NCBI RefSeq assembly: GCF_028641065.1
Contig: NC_073377.1
Span: 108,066,001-108,130,000, forward strand
Source of the DNA: Leucoraja erinacea
Taxonomy: Eukaryota
Length of the DNA: 64,000 bases
Direction of reading: 5' to 3'
Made by a program: the position numbers and the translations under genes
Notes under the pieces: model-generated
The model's input: the letters and a program-made list of their open reading frames with translations, nothing else
Told to the model about the DNA's origin: nothing
Database searches by the model: none
Part shown: piece by piece, positions 39,358 to 51,856 of the stretch
How the letters are laid out: the number at the start of each line of letters is the position of its first letter
Position numbering within the stretch: the first letter of the stretch is position 1

Positions 39358-40145
39358 TGGGCCTGTCCCACTTAGGCGATTTTTCAGGTGACACTGACAC
39401 ACTGACACACAGAGCCACACACACACACAGATATACGCACACACACACACAGACACACACACACACAGACACACACACACAGAGACACACACACACACAC
39501 ACCAAAGGCCAGGGCAAGCGGGGGGAGCGCTGTCTGAAATTCACACGGTGCAAAGCCAAGGTGATACAGACACACACCGCGATGAACAGGAAGATTGGCG
39601 CTGTAATTAAGACAGCTAGCACAGTGTACGGTAAGTCCTTTAAAAGGGGGGGGGGGGGTTAGGAAGGGGAGAGAAGGAGGGAGAAGGAGTGGAGACAACA
39701 GTTAAGAAGCCTGACAACATTTAAGAAGTCAGAGATACACGGCTGTGAAGTTCGGCGGACATTTAACATTACCGGACGGTTATCCTTGGTTCTGAAAACT
39801 ACTACTTACGTATTTTTTCCCCAATGAGCCAGAGAAATTCACCAGTCAGCACCGGCTGCAGCCTACGAGAACCTAAGAGAACCCTCGACCTCCCGGTGAC
39901 CCACCTACTTCTCGAGAATTCTCGCTACTCTCCATGGCGGCTTCATTCCAGTCTCTGCTAATTTTTCAACCTGTTGAAAAATTCTCGGCGACCATAACGA
40001 GGCCACGACTAGTTCCCAGAATGTGGGAACTCCTCACGACCACGAAGGCGACTCCCGGCAACCACCCGTGAACATGTGGTGACCATATGGCGACTGCAAA
40101 GTCTCCTGCAGTTGCCTAAAAAGTCGCCTAAGTGGGACAGGCTCA
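39358..40145 (+). mobile_element. Harbinger-type MITE with (CA)n tract
   Basis: TIR tgggcctgtcccacttaggcga / tcgcctaagtgggacaggctca; TNA flanks. Confidence 0.78.
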
Positions 40146-40679
40146 TAAGAAATGCTGGAGTAACTCAGTGGGTCAGGCAGCATCTCTGGAGAAAATGGAT
40201 ACATGACGTTTTGGGTTGGGACGCTTCTTCAGACTGATTGCGGGTAGGGGCAGAGGATGGGGAAAAAAAGCTGGAAGAAAGGAGAAGCAGGACAAAGTAC
40301 GGTCAGTAATAGATGAACACAGGCAAGGGTTTATTTAAAGATAAACCCAAAATGCTGGGACAGGCAGCATCTCTGGAGAGAAGGAATGGGTGACGTTTCC
40401 GGTCAAGACCCTTCTTCAGACTCATCAAGGGTTTTTTTTGATAGACAGAGGCCACAGGCCAGAGGAGAAAAAAACAGGAGCGACCTGTGAAGGTAAAGAG
40501 TTGCGATTGTAAAGCTTGTGGATGGAAGAGTTGCGAATTGTTTAACTGGAGGAAGGAATGTAGGTGGAAGGGGGAGAGGGCCGGGAAGTAATCGGTGCAA
40601 GGTCATTCAGGGTAGGGGGAGTGAGGGTGGAGGAGGGGTTGAAAGGAAAGGGGGTGGGGTTGGGGGTGAAAGGGGAGCA

Positions 40680-41195
40680 TCTAGTCGCGGCCTTATTATG
40701 GTCGACGCAAACTTTTCAACATGTTGAAAAATTAGCCGCGACCAGAATGAAGCCGCCATGGAGAGTAACGTGAATTCTCGTGCCGTAGGTGGGTCGCCAG
40801 GAGGTTGAAGGTTCTCGTAGGTTCTCGTAGGTTGTAGCCGGTGCTGACCGGTGAATTTCATTGGCTCATTGGGAAAAATGAACATAAGCAGTAGTTTTCA
40901 GAACCAAGGATAACCGACCGCTAATGTTAATATCTGCCGAGCTTCACAGCCGTGTATCTCTGGCTTCTTAAAAGTTGTCTCCACTCCTTCTCCCCATCTC
41001 TTTTAAATGACTTACCGTACACTGTGCTTAGCTGTCTTAATTACAACTACCGTCTTAATAACAGCGCCAACCTTCCTGTTCATTGCGGTGTGTGTCTGTA
41101 TCACATTGGCTTTGCACCGTGTGAATTTCACTAAGACAGCAATCCCCCCACTTGCCCTGTCCCCCGCCTGCATAACGGGCTGCTGAAGGAAGCGA

Positions 41196-41227
<32 letters not shown>

Positions 41228-41336
41228 CGTGTTCCACTCTGACAGTCGCCATTCCAGTTGCCGGTTTTTCAGGTGACTGCCAGCAACGACAGTCGCCGAC
41301 AGTCACCTGAAAAATCGTCTAAGTGGGACAGGCCCA
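40680..41336 (-). mobile_element. Truncated inverted copy of the 39358-40145 MITE
   Basis: Reverse complement of ~39358-40012; TIR aagtgggacaggccca at the right end. Confidence 0.8.
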
Positions 41337-42181
41337 TTAGGAAGATCATTTGATTAGTTTTCATGTTTGAGCTGATTCAGTTCATTCATTACGGTGGTAC
41401 AGTTGCTGCCTTACAGAACCAAAGATCCGGGTTAGATTCTGACTACGGGTGTTGCCGGTATGAAGTTTGTATGTTCTCCCTGTGACGATGTGGGTTTTCT
41501 CCGGGTGCTCTAGTTTTTTCCCACACTCTAAAGCCGGACAGGTTTGTAGGTTAATATTGGTAAAATTGTAAATTGTCCCTAGTGTGTTGGACAGTGCTGG
41601 TGTATGGGAATCGCTGGTCGGCGCAGATTCTGTGGGCCAAAGGACCTGTTTCTCTCTTTAGTTTAAAGACTCGGCCATATCTGTAAGTGACCTCAGGAAT
41701 CTTAACCTGGGGAGTATAAATTCAGCAAGGATTCAGATTCTGCATGTACGTCTGTGGCCTCTGCTAGAGCATTTGTCAAGGGCAAGATTGTGAAAAGCTT
41801 AACAGTCAAATGAAAGTTGGCAAATGAATAATGTCTGCTTGAATAGGAACCTCCAGGTTGTTCAAATTGCATTCCAGTAAGTCTAGGATACAACCAGAAA
41901 ACAAAGAACATGTTGATGGAATTATGTCGGAATTATCATGGTCTCTGAAGTGATTACTGCTCATTGTGTGCAGTTTGCTGCCAGGAATTGCCCAGAAATC
42001 TGCAGGATTCATTTCATTCTAATCGAATTCTAATTCACCTCAACTGAAATGACCCTGGAATTGAGAAACTCAGAGCTCAGTAAAACAATTAGAATTACAT
42101 TTTGGAATCAATTCCAGGCCTTGTTAGAGTATAAGTTGTTACCTACTAAAGTAAGATTGGAATACTACTTGTTAAAATTAC

Positions 42182-42214
42182 CTCTTCCTCTTGCTCCTGA
42201 TCTGAATCTGACTC
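42182..42214 (-). CDS. ANK2: ANK2 33-nt microexon (ESDSDQEQEEE)
   Basis: Matches human ESESDQEQEEE; gaag| acceptor, |gtaat donor. Confidence 0.92.
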
Positions 42215-43250
42215 CTTCTCATCCAAAGTTGACAAGAGGCAAAAGAAGAATAGGTAGAGCATGGAATAATCAGACAAGATTGCAGTAGGAATAAAAATAA
42301 AAGAGCACAAATGAGGTAAAGCTCATCAGCATGACAAATTATTCCACATGGTCAATATGAAAAACAAAAGCAAGCAGCATCTGTATTAATGACACAAAGA
42401 AAGTATAAAAAGATTGAATGCATTCTATACATACAGCGCAAAGTAACGTACAAGATTTTAGTTCTAATGGGGTTATTTAGTAAAAAGCTTGTACGGCTCT
42501 GAACAATGAAAGAGCAATGCATAGATCAGGCCCTCATAGAAGGATATAAAATACATTATCAGTAGATAGTAACACTTGTTAATCATTGATTAAGCCTAAC
42601 TGTTACTTTCTAATTACCACAGATGTTCTTATATTTCAATTACATGTGTGAAGATGGTACCTTTAAATATGTTGCACACGATCAAGATATAGTTGTACTC
42701 TCAGGTGAATACTATGAAGTAATGGCAAATATCTGGCAAATGATACTTGAATGTTCACCCACCTAAATTTGCCAAAATTAAAGAGACTATCTTCGGAGAT
42801 ATTTCTAGGAATTAAATATCAGGAGAGATGTTCAGCAAGGCTCTAAACCTCTATATTTCAGTTAAGCATCAAGTTGTAATTTCCTCCTTCACTTAATTTG
42901 ATAATTAGCGCCTGCAAAAACTTGCAAAATACTATTTTCTGCTTAGATTGAATCAATACCTTTACTTGAAATGAAGGTTTATATTTCAACCGTAAAGAGT
43001 CAGGTTAAAAGTCTGCCTTCCCTGCACACATAGTTGGTAACAGAAAAGTCAAACAATTAAGGAAGCCTTGTTGCGAAAAGGGGAATAGAGATCACAGTAG
43101 AAAATGTTTACAGTCATGTGGTAAGTGTCAATGTGATGTGTGACCTTTAAATATCAGAGAAACAGAGCTCCACCATCTTCAATAAGCTAAATGTAAAAGT
43201 CAACAGGAAATGCAGAGGTGAGACAAGAGGTAGATACATTTTAAGAGATA

Positions 43251-44871
43251 CAGTGCCCACCATAATGTTTTGGACAAAGACCCATCATTTATTTATTTGC
43301 CTCTGTACTCCACAATTTGAAATTTGTAATAGAAAACATCACATGTGGTTAAAGTGCACATTGTCAGATTTTTATTAAAAGCCATGTTTATACATTTTGG
43401 TTTCACCATGTAGAAATTACAACTGTGTTTATACATAGTCCCCCCCATTTCAGGGCATCATAATGTTTGGGACACATGGCTTCACAGGTGTTTGTAATTG
43501 CTCAGGTGTGTTTAATTGCCTCAATGCAGATATAAGAGAGCTCTCAGCACCTAGTCTTTCCATCACCTTTGGAAACTTTTATTGCTGTTATCAACACGAG
43601 GACCAAAGTTGTGCCAATGAGAGTCAAAGAAGCCATTATGGGACTGAGAAACAAGAGTAAAACTGTTTGAGACATCAGCCAAACCTTAGGCTTAACAAAA
43701 TCAACTGTTTGGAACATCATGAAGAAGAAAGAGAGCACTGGTGAGCTCACTAATCGCAAAGGGACTGGCAGTCCAAGGAAGACCTCCACAGCCGATGACA
43801 GAAGCACTCTCTATTATAAAGAAAAATACCCATACAACTGTCCGACAGATCAGAAAAACTCTTCAGGAGTCGTGTGGATTTGTCAATGACCACTGTCCAC
43901 AGAAGACTTCATGAACAGAAATACAGAGATTACACTGCAAGATGCAAACCACTGGTTAGCCGCAAAAATAGGATGGCCGGGTTACAGTTTGCCAAGTACT
44001 TAAAAGAGCAACCACAGTTTTGGAAAAAGGTCTTGTGGACAGATGAGACAAAGATTAACATATCAGAATGATGGCAAGAGCAAAGTATGGAGGAGAGAAG
44101 GAAATGCCCAAGATCCAAAGCATGCCACTTCATCTGTGAACCGGTGGGGGCTTTATGGCCTGGGCATGTATGGCTGCTGAAGGTACTGGCTCACTTATCT
44201 TAACTAATGATACAACTGCTGATGGGAGTAGCATAATGAATTCTGAAGTGTACAGACACATCCTATCTGCTCAAGTTCAAACAAATGCCTCAAAACTCAT
44301 TGGCCGGCGGTTCATTCTGCAGCAAGACAGTGATCCCAAACATACTGCTAAAGCAACAAAGGAGTTTTTTTAAAGTAAAAAAATGGTAAATTCTTGAGTG
44401 GCCAAGTCAATCACCTGATCTGAACCCAATTGAGCAAGCCTTTTATATGCTGAAGAGAAAACCGATGGGAACTAGCCCCCAAAACAAGCATAAGCTAAAG
44501 ATGGCTACAATACAGGCCAGACAAAGCATCACCAGAGAAGACACCCAGCAACTGGTGATGTCCATGAATTGCAGACTTCAAGCAGTCATTGCATGCAAAG
44601 GATATGCAACACAATACTAAACTTGACTACTTTCATTTAAATGACATTGCAGTGTCCCAAACATTATGGGGCCCTGAAATGGGGGAATGTGTATAAACAC
44701 AGCTGTAATTTCTACATTGAAACCAAAACATATAAAAATGGCTTTTATTAAAATCAGACAATGTACACTTTAACCACATGTGATTTTTTCTATTACAAAT
44801 CTGAAATTGTGGAGTACAGAAGCAAATAAATAAATTATGGGTCTTTGTCCCAAACATTATGGAGGGCACTG
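43251..44871 (+). mobile_element. Full-length Tc1 transposon (IR/DR type), transposase inactivated
   Basis: TA|CAGTG...CACTG|TA; ~220-bp TIRs with repeated cataatgtttgggaca; WTDETK, QQDSDPKH and SPDLNPIE motifs; stops and frameshifts. Confidence 0.95.
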
Positions 44872-45267
44872 TACAGCAAGAATACAATTGTTAGAAGGAG
44901 CATATACAAGAGGTGCCAACACTCATATGAAAGGAAGTAGTTATGTCATCTAGTAGAACCTAAAAAAACCCCGAGGACTCCACTGCCATGTTGAAATAAG
45001 TATAATGACCGTATCATGCTAACAAAGATAAAAGAACATTCAAGTGTGGGCAAGTTGGGCCAAGGGCCCGTTTCCACACTGTATCACTCTACGATTTGTC
45101 ACGTTGGCGCAGCAGTAGATTTGCTGCCGTACAACGCCAGAGACCCGGGTTCAATCCTGACTGTGGGCGCTGTCTGTCCGGAGTATGTACGTTCTCCCCG
45201 TGACGTGGGTTTTCTCCGGGATCTCCAGTTTCGGCCCACACTCCAAAGTTGTATAGGTTTGTAGGTT

Positions 45268-45487
45268 GACAAAAATGCTGGAGAAACTCAGCGGGTGAGG
45301 CAGCATCTATGGAGCGAAGGAAATAGGCAACGTTTCGGGTCGAAACCCTTCTTCAGACTGAAGAAGGGTTTCGACCCAAAACGGTGCCTATTTCCTTCGC
45401 TCCATAGATGCTGCCTCACCTGCTGTGTTTCTCCAGCATTTTTGTCCACCTTTGATTTTCCAGCATCTGCAGTTCCTTCTTAAACAT
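45268..45487. mobile_element. Fold-back Penelope-LTR mini-element with two opposed hammerhead cores
   Basis: Palindrome 45263-45451 centred on 45357; 14-bp TSD taggtttgtaggtt. Confidence 0.85.
45329..45356 (-). ncRNA. Minimal hammerhead ribozyme motif (ANK2 pre-mRNA sense)
   Basis: CTGAAGA-A-GGGT-TTCG-ACCC-GAAA-CGTT. Confidence 0.62.
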
Positions 45488-45711
45488 TAGGTTTGTAGGT
45501 TAATTGGCTTGGTAAGATTGTAAATTGTTCATAGTGTGTGTAGGACAGTGTTCGTGTGCGGGGGTTGCTGGTCGGCGCAGACTGGGTGGGTCGACGGACC
45601 TGTTTCATTGCTGCATCTCTAAACTCTAAATGTGGTGAACAGGGAAGTAAGACTCAAATAGCAGTGTAATTTTTCCCAGGCACAAGAGACAAATAGCATC
45701 CTTTGGATTAT

Positions 45712-45938
45712 AGAAACAAAATGCTGGAGTAACTCAGTGGGATATTCAGCATCTCTGGAAAGATGGAATGGGTGATGTTTCGGGTCGAGACTCTTCTTCA
45801 GATTTCAGTCTGAAGAAGGGTCTCGACCCGAAACATCATCCGTTCCTTCTCTCCAGAGTTGCTGTCTGTCCCGCTTGGTTACTCCAGCATTTTGTGTGTA
45901 TCTTTGGTTTGAACCAGCATCTGCAGTTCCTTCCAACA
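45712..45938. mobile_element. Second fold-back Penelope-LTR mini-element
   Basis: Inverted arms around ~45805; TSD catcctttggattat / catcctttgggttat. Confidence 0.82.
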
Positions 45939-47496
45939 CATCCTTTGGGTTATTTTTGATGTAATATTCCTTGCTTAGAAACAAAGCAAGAAAGCTCTTT
46001 TTTTTCTGGTGACATCAGCAGATTAAAAATTCAGCCTTTGATGTCTTATTTCAGAAATTATATTACATCTCCATGAGGTCGGATTGATTATCACTGCAGA
46101 ATTTAGAGCATGAAACATCCAGTTATAACTACTGCATTCCTTTTGCACAAGAGACTACACAATACCATGGAATACCAGGCCACAGGGCAGAAGCAACATA
46201 ATAATTGATTTAGATTCCAGCTCGCTTGTAGGGAATGGAGAGGGAGTGTACCCTCATTGGCTTTATGAGAAGTTAATTATGACACTAAATGTTCTTCAAT
46301 CTCTCCAAAATTCATAGTTTCTTCCTAAGATACCCACGAAGTAGCTGATTATGTTAAATGAGATCAAGGACCAAGCTTCCAGTGATTGAAATGGGATGCA
46401 GCTAAGGTTTTTATGAAGAAAGCATATAATGCAATCATCGATAACTTTTTCAATTGCTGACATGCTTTTCTATTCAGAAAAGATGAAAACAAATGAAAAC
46501 TGAGAATTAGAGTCATGTGCAGATGTGGAATCTGATGCAATTGATTGGAAGCTTAAGATGCATTAACATCTGGTTGGAACAGACGATGTTGCTTCTGGTG
46601 AGGAGAAAAACCAAATACTGGGGTCGCACACATTAATGTTTCTTGCAGCCTCTTCCACAATGAGTGACAAATGATTGTGATCGTGGTGTGGCAGCAAAGA
46701 AACAATGCAGCTCATTTCAGGACAGGTTTCAGAATGAACAAAGCTGCAATGTTCCTTTAATATTGATCAGCCAGAAATCTACATTGCGAAGCAAAATGCT
46801 ATCAGCTTGGAGGGATTTTCCGTTAAAGAATGAGTGACAATTTGAATTCTGTGAGACCCACACCACTGGAATAAAAGAATATGTTGTTAGTGTTAGATGA
46901 AGCCTGCTGAGGAAAAGGCCGGTGTAGAGCACTATCATTAGTATGGATAGTTAGTTTTCTCCTGCTGTTTCTATCCTGCCTCTTCTTTATTGTTACATTC
47001 TTCTAACTTGATAAATGGATCTCATCAAATGGACCCTTTTAAATAATGTGGCATCCCGGTCATTCCCTCATTTCTCCTCTCTTGTTGGGCAGAAGATACA
47101 AAAGTTTGAAAGCACGTACCACCAAATTCAGGAAAGCTTCTTCCCCATGTTATCAGAACAATCTTCTCATAAGCTGAGGATCTTCCAACTTACCTCATTC
47201 CGTATGTGGACCTTTCCCTCTGTAAATTGTAACGCTATAATGCTGTGACACTATATTATGCATTCCAATAGTTTTCACTGTGTTGTTACATGTGACAATA
47301 GTAAACCAATACCAACTCCATTTAGGTGCTGCTTCTTCATAATCATTGATCGTATGGAATTAGAAGCCTGGATTAAAGTTAATGAAACCTTGTCCTTACT
47401 AAAATTGCTTTGCTTCATAGAACACGTAATTGCCAAATGACAGTATCTTCATGATAGGAAATTTTTGAGTCTGCAGTTTGAACAAACAAAAGCCTA

Positions 47497-50400
47497 TAGA
47501 CCGTGGATCGAGATGCCTTTTCGTTTCATTTCGTGACCCAAATCACATATCTACCTGTATTTATAACATATTGTGTAAAAATATTATAGAAATCATACCT
47601 GAAACTCGTCAAGAACAAAACCTGCACATATTTTTAAAATATGAGAAAAACCTCAAATTTTCCGAGTAGTAATTGTCCAATCAAAGCACGTTTGACATCG
47701 AGTCAGACGCCAATTGACCAATCACGCGCTTTGTTTCAGGCTAGCTAGGCAGGGAGCCCACATGATGGCAGAGAGTATTTCTACTGATGCTAGTGTTACT
47801 GGAGATTCCGATGAAGGTTCTTTGGTCTTCTGTGGAATACATGTCGGCGAAACTCACAGCAAGGTAATTGAATTTAGTGAGAAAAGCATTATGAAGTGTG
47901 AAGAGTGTGCAGCTAAGTGGATAGAAGTGGAAGAAAGTCTGGAAAGCAAAGTCGCTGCTAAGGTGCTGCAACACAAAGAGGGCAGCCAAGTCATGAAACC
48001 AGTGAAACATTGTGAAGCAACTGGAAGGCAAGATCTACAGTCAGAATTTATGAAAATTAACCTGCGAGGACTTTAATTAATTAAATTTCAACCTCTTATA
48101 ATGTGAGATATGAGATCTTGAGGCTGAAGTTGAGGACTTGAACTTTGTCTTTCTTGAACAAATTACATTAAAAGTTGTCACTAAATGTCAGCTTGTTGAA
48201 GTCAAAGAAGAGTCTTCTTTAACATTTAATCGCGGATTTGCCTGCGATCATTTGCCGAGAAGAAGTGCTCCGACCGCGGGGCCTATGTACTTAACATAGT
48301 AAGAAGCGGCCGCTTCGGGAACTCGGAGCTGCGAGTGTGTTTGTATCATCTCGACGGGGAGGCCTGTAAATCGTGCCGTCCGTAGCGGCGACTGCAGAGG
48401 GTTCAAGGCCCCAACCATGGGTGAACAAAGGAGGAAGATTGACTGCACTTTATTGCCTTCCATCACAGTGAGAAATTGTGGATGTTAATGTTAAATGCAA
48501 TTGGTGCATGTGAATGAACTTGAACTAACTTATCTACGGTAGTAATTTACAGTGGAAGTCTAATTAACATCAAGAAGATGTGGGCATTTTATTAATTGAA
48601 GTCCATGCAGACTTAAGTACTATGAGATGTTCTTTTCTGCAGCTATTCTGTAGCTGATGCCATCCAATCAATCTGGACATGAGACATGTATATTGCTCCA
48701 TTGATATGTTGATTTTGTCTTACATAATATAAAACATGAAAAGAGGTAAAATACTCCCTTACACATTTTATCTTCTATTATTAGGCGGCAGCAGTGTATC
48801 CCTGGTTATCAGGCTGAGTGCTTTCGCCACTTCTGCAACATTACAATAATAAATCGAGCTATAGCAAGGTCTCGAAGGAAGAAAGGTAATGACAGGACTC
48901 AAACAACATTTCTTAGTATTTATGGTCATATTATGTTACTTTGAACAATGAAAATATATATTTGAGGATGTTGATTTATTTTACTTTTCTTTCCTTTTCT
49001 GTTTTCATTTTCCTCTTTTAATTTAGTTCAATCCACAGACGCTGAAAAACCTAAAGCAGGTGAATCACCTCGAGAGGCAGTTCCTGATGGCGAAGCAGAT
49101 GAGCCAGCCCCAAAGAGACTGCTTCTGTCCATGACAAGTGATGGTCAACAAACAGCTGCTGTCTTACTACAAAAGATTTAAAATCTGATGAAGAATATTC
49201 AGATGAAGAGTAGATAGATGGAATGTAAACCAAAAGATTGGTAAAATTAATGATTATATAAAGTCTACTTTTAGTGTTTTACTGTTTATTGTGTCGTATT
49301 ATTTAAACAATGAGTGAATGGCTTATGATTATGGCATACTGGTAAATAACATGATGTGCTGCTATTGTGCTGGCTGTTAAAAATGTGAGTGTGTTTGTGC
49401 GTGTACGTGTGCGCGTAGGTGTGAGCGTGTGTGAGCGTGTGTGCTGGTGTGGCCATAACTGTAAGGAGGGGAGGGTAATAAGGGGCAGGTGATATTTTGG
49501 ACATGTCGGACCATATTGTTATTATCATGCACACATCTACACAAGTGTGCATAATATACACGTTTGACAGGTCCACACAGACACATACAACACATACACA
49601 AAAAATGCAACACTTTTTGGGTTATTTTAGGTTAAAGGTAGTAGCTCTCATTTGCAAGGCACCATGGGGGATCTCGAACATAAATATAGGCTCATTGTAT
49701 CTTAAAATGAATACTCGTCGAGTAAACTCGATTCTTGGTCATAATGTGGCATTTACATCAGAAATAAGACGTTTTCCTCTTAAAAAGACTGGAAGATGCC
49801 TTACAAGTCTGTCCCCCAGCCTGGCACACTGGCAGAGTGGGGGTCACGGCCCTAGTGGGGTTCAGTGGGGTTCAGTAAATAGGGGAACGCACAGGAACTG
49901 CCCTGACCCATTAATTAGGCGAGTTCAGGAACCAGTGAAACCCGGGACCTCTGCGACAGTCTCAATCAACATACATCTCTAGTCGGACTCACAATTATAT
50001 TCATTATAGCATATGAGAAACAGTGTGCTATTGTTAGCATGAAAATGTCAAGCCAGCCATTCAGCTCACTTTTGACCTGCACAGAACTACACCATAATGC
50101 TAGATCGCTTAACTCCACGAGGGGCACTTTGTCTCAGAATGCAAATAATTTGTCATTTTAAACTGCCGAGCTGCCGAGCAGTGCCGAGCTCTGGCTGTAC
50201 CGCATGCTGCGCAAAGCCGCCGGCAAGGCCGCGCACCTTCTGTGTCTGGGCTTCACTGTTAGGATTGGGGATGTCAATAGGCCGGGGACGAGTGAGTGTG
50301 TGTATTTGAGCCACCGCTTTCAGGACAGAGCCGAGGCAATGATCCATAGGTTCGCCATGTTCGTGAGCGCCCGTAACTAATAACTAGGGGGCAGTGCTCC

Positions 50401-50799
50401 GGGTAGCGTCCTCGAAGGGGCGGAATCTATGTGAACACGTGATTTGATGCCTGCCATCCGGGGAGGGATGGGGGCGAGATCATGTGATAAATGTGGCCTG
50501 CCATCTGCTCAGACATGCGTCCGGCCCCTATGCAGAACAAGGTTGCTGACCCCTGGTTTAAATAGACCGCAGCACGGAATTAGGCACCCCATGGAGTAAT
50601 ATGAGCATTGAGCACACGGGGGCGCTGTTACTTTTTCGATCTAATTTTCGAATCATCTTAATTAATGTTCAACATTTGGCACTGACGAGTTAGGAATTCC
50701 TTCTCAATTATATTTTGTCTAAATCTGTGCCAAAATTCAAGTAGGTATAGCAAACATGGGTCACAAAAGTTAAATTGTCGATGCTCGGCCCACGGCCTA
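47497..50799 (+). mobile_element. Academ-like DNA transposon derivative with spliced gene relic and nested insertions
   Basis: TAG...CTA termini; TIR tagaccgtggatcgag vs reverse complement taggccgtgggccgag; exact 3-bp TSD CTA; matching subterminal gtgaccca and aactcgtca motifs. Confidence 0.68.
49300..50555. mobile_element. Probable hAT MITE nested in the Academ-like element (only the right end is clear)
   Basis: Right end aaggttgctgacccctg is Charlie-like; left end not resolved. Confidence 0.4.
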
Positions 50800-51381
50800 C
50801 TAAGTTGATTCAGCTTTTACCACTGCTATATCCCACTCTGAGCTCATGCATGACACTCTTTTTAATCTGTAAAAGGTTTAATATGTCATAATCATGAACT
50901 TGCATGTCACTCACTTGGTAAAAAGGGCAAGGCAATTTGCAAACACAATCAATCACTTTGGCAGTGTCTCTGCAAGTCCATCACGGAATGGCTAAAGTGT
51001 GAGATAAAGAGTAGGCCGAATTTAATATGGTAATCAAAGACTGGAATACATGGGACTACTAATTATGACATGTGTGCAGCTGAACGTGGCCTGTGTAGAT
51101 TCTGACCAGCATCAGGTATCAATCCAACTGAAGAGAACCCATGAATTGATTTCACTTGAGCCGGTAGAAACAGGATTTCTAGTCTCCACTAACCCATCCT
51201 GGGTCATTATTTCTCTGGTGTTCTCATCTAGTTCACCGACATTCTAATCAAATCTAGGCCTGTATGATATTTTGCTATTAATAGTGATAATATTCAAACA
51301 TTTCTCCTTTCTACATTATGAATATTAGACCATTATCTCTATGATATAAATGTTTGCAAAGGCTGAAAAAAACTTCATTAC

Positions 51382-51504
51382 CTTGTTGTATAGGGGTAGC
51401 GTGATATTTAGGTTGCAAATAGCATGCTGTACAAGACCTCTTGCTGACTTTGGTTCTTTTATGAAGGATAATCTTCCACAAGGTTCCTGAGTTGTATCTC
51501 GTAC
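51382..51504 (-). CDS. ANK2: ANK2 UPA-domain exon (123 nt)
   Basis: [41 protein letters not shown]; AG/GT boundaries. Confidence 0.96.
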
Positions 51505-51856
51505 CTGTTAACACATGGTTCAGAATATGAGTTTTGCTCATACACAAGGAAAGCAACAAGATCCATTAAGAAAAGAGAGAGTGAAACTAGTGAGGCATAT
51601 ACTCTTTAAATGGCCATTTATTACAACATAACTAAAAATAGGTTGATTGAACAATTTGAATATCTGCAGTTGATTGCAGAGATTGTGGGGTTAAAGAAGG
51701 AAAGTATGTTTTACCTGATGAAGCTGACAGAAGCTTTAAACATACACCAGGATAAAGAACATGTGAATGTTTATTGTTCTGACTGCTCCAGTAACTGCTA
51801 AGTTACTCCGGCACCTTGCGTCCTTTTGAATATATATTAATGTTAATTACAGTATA

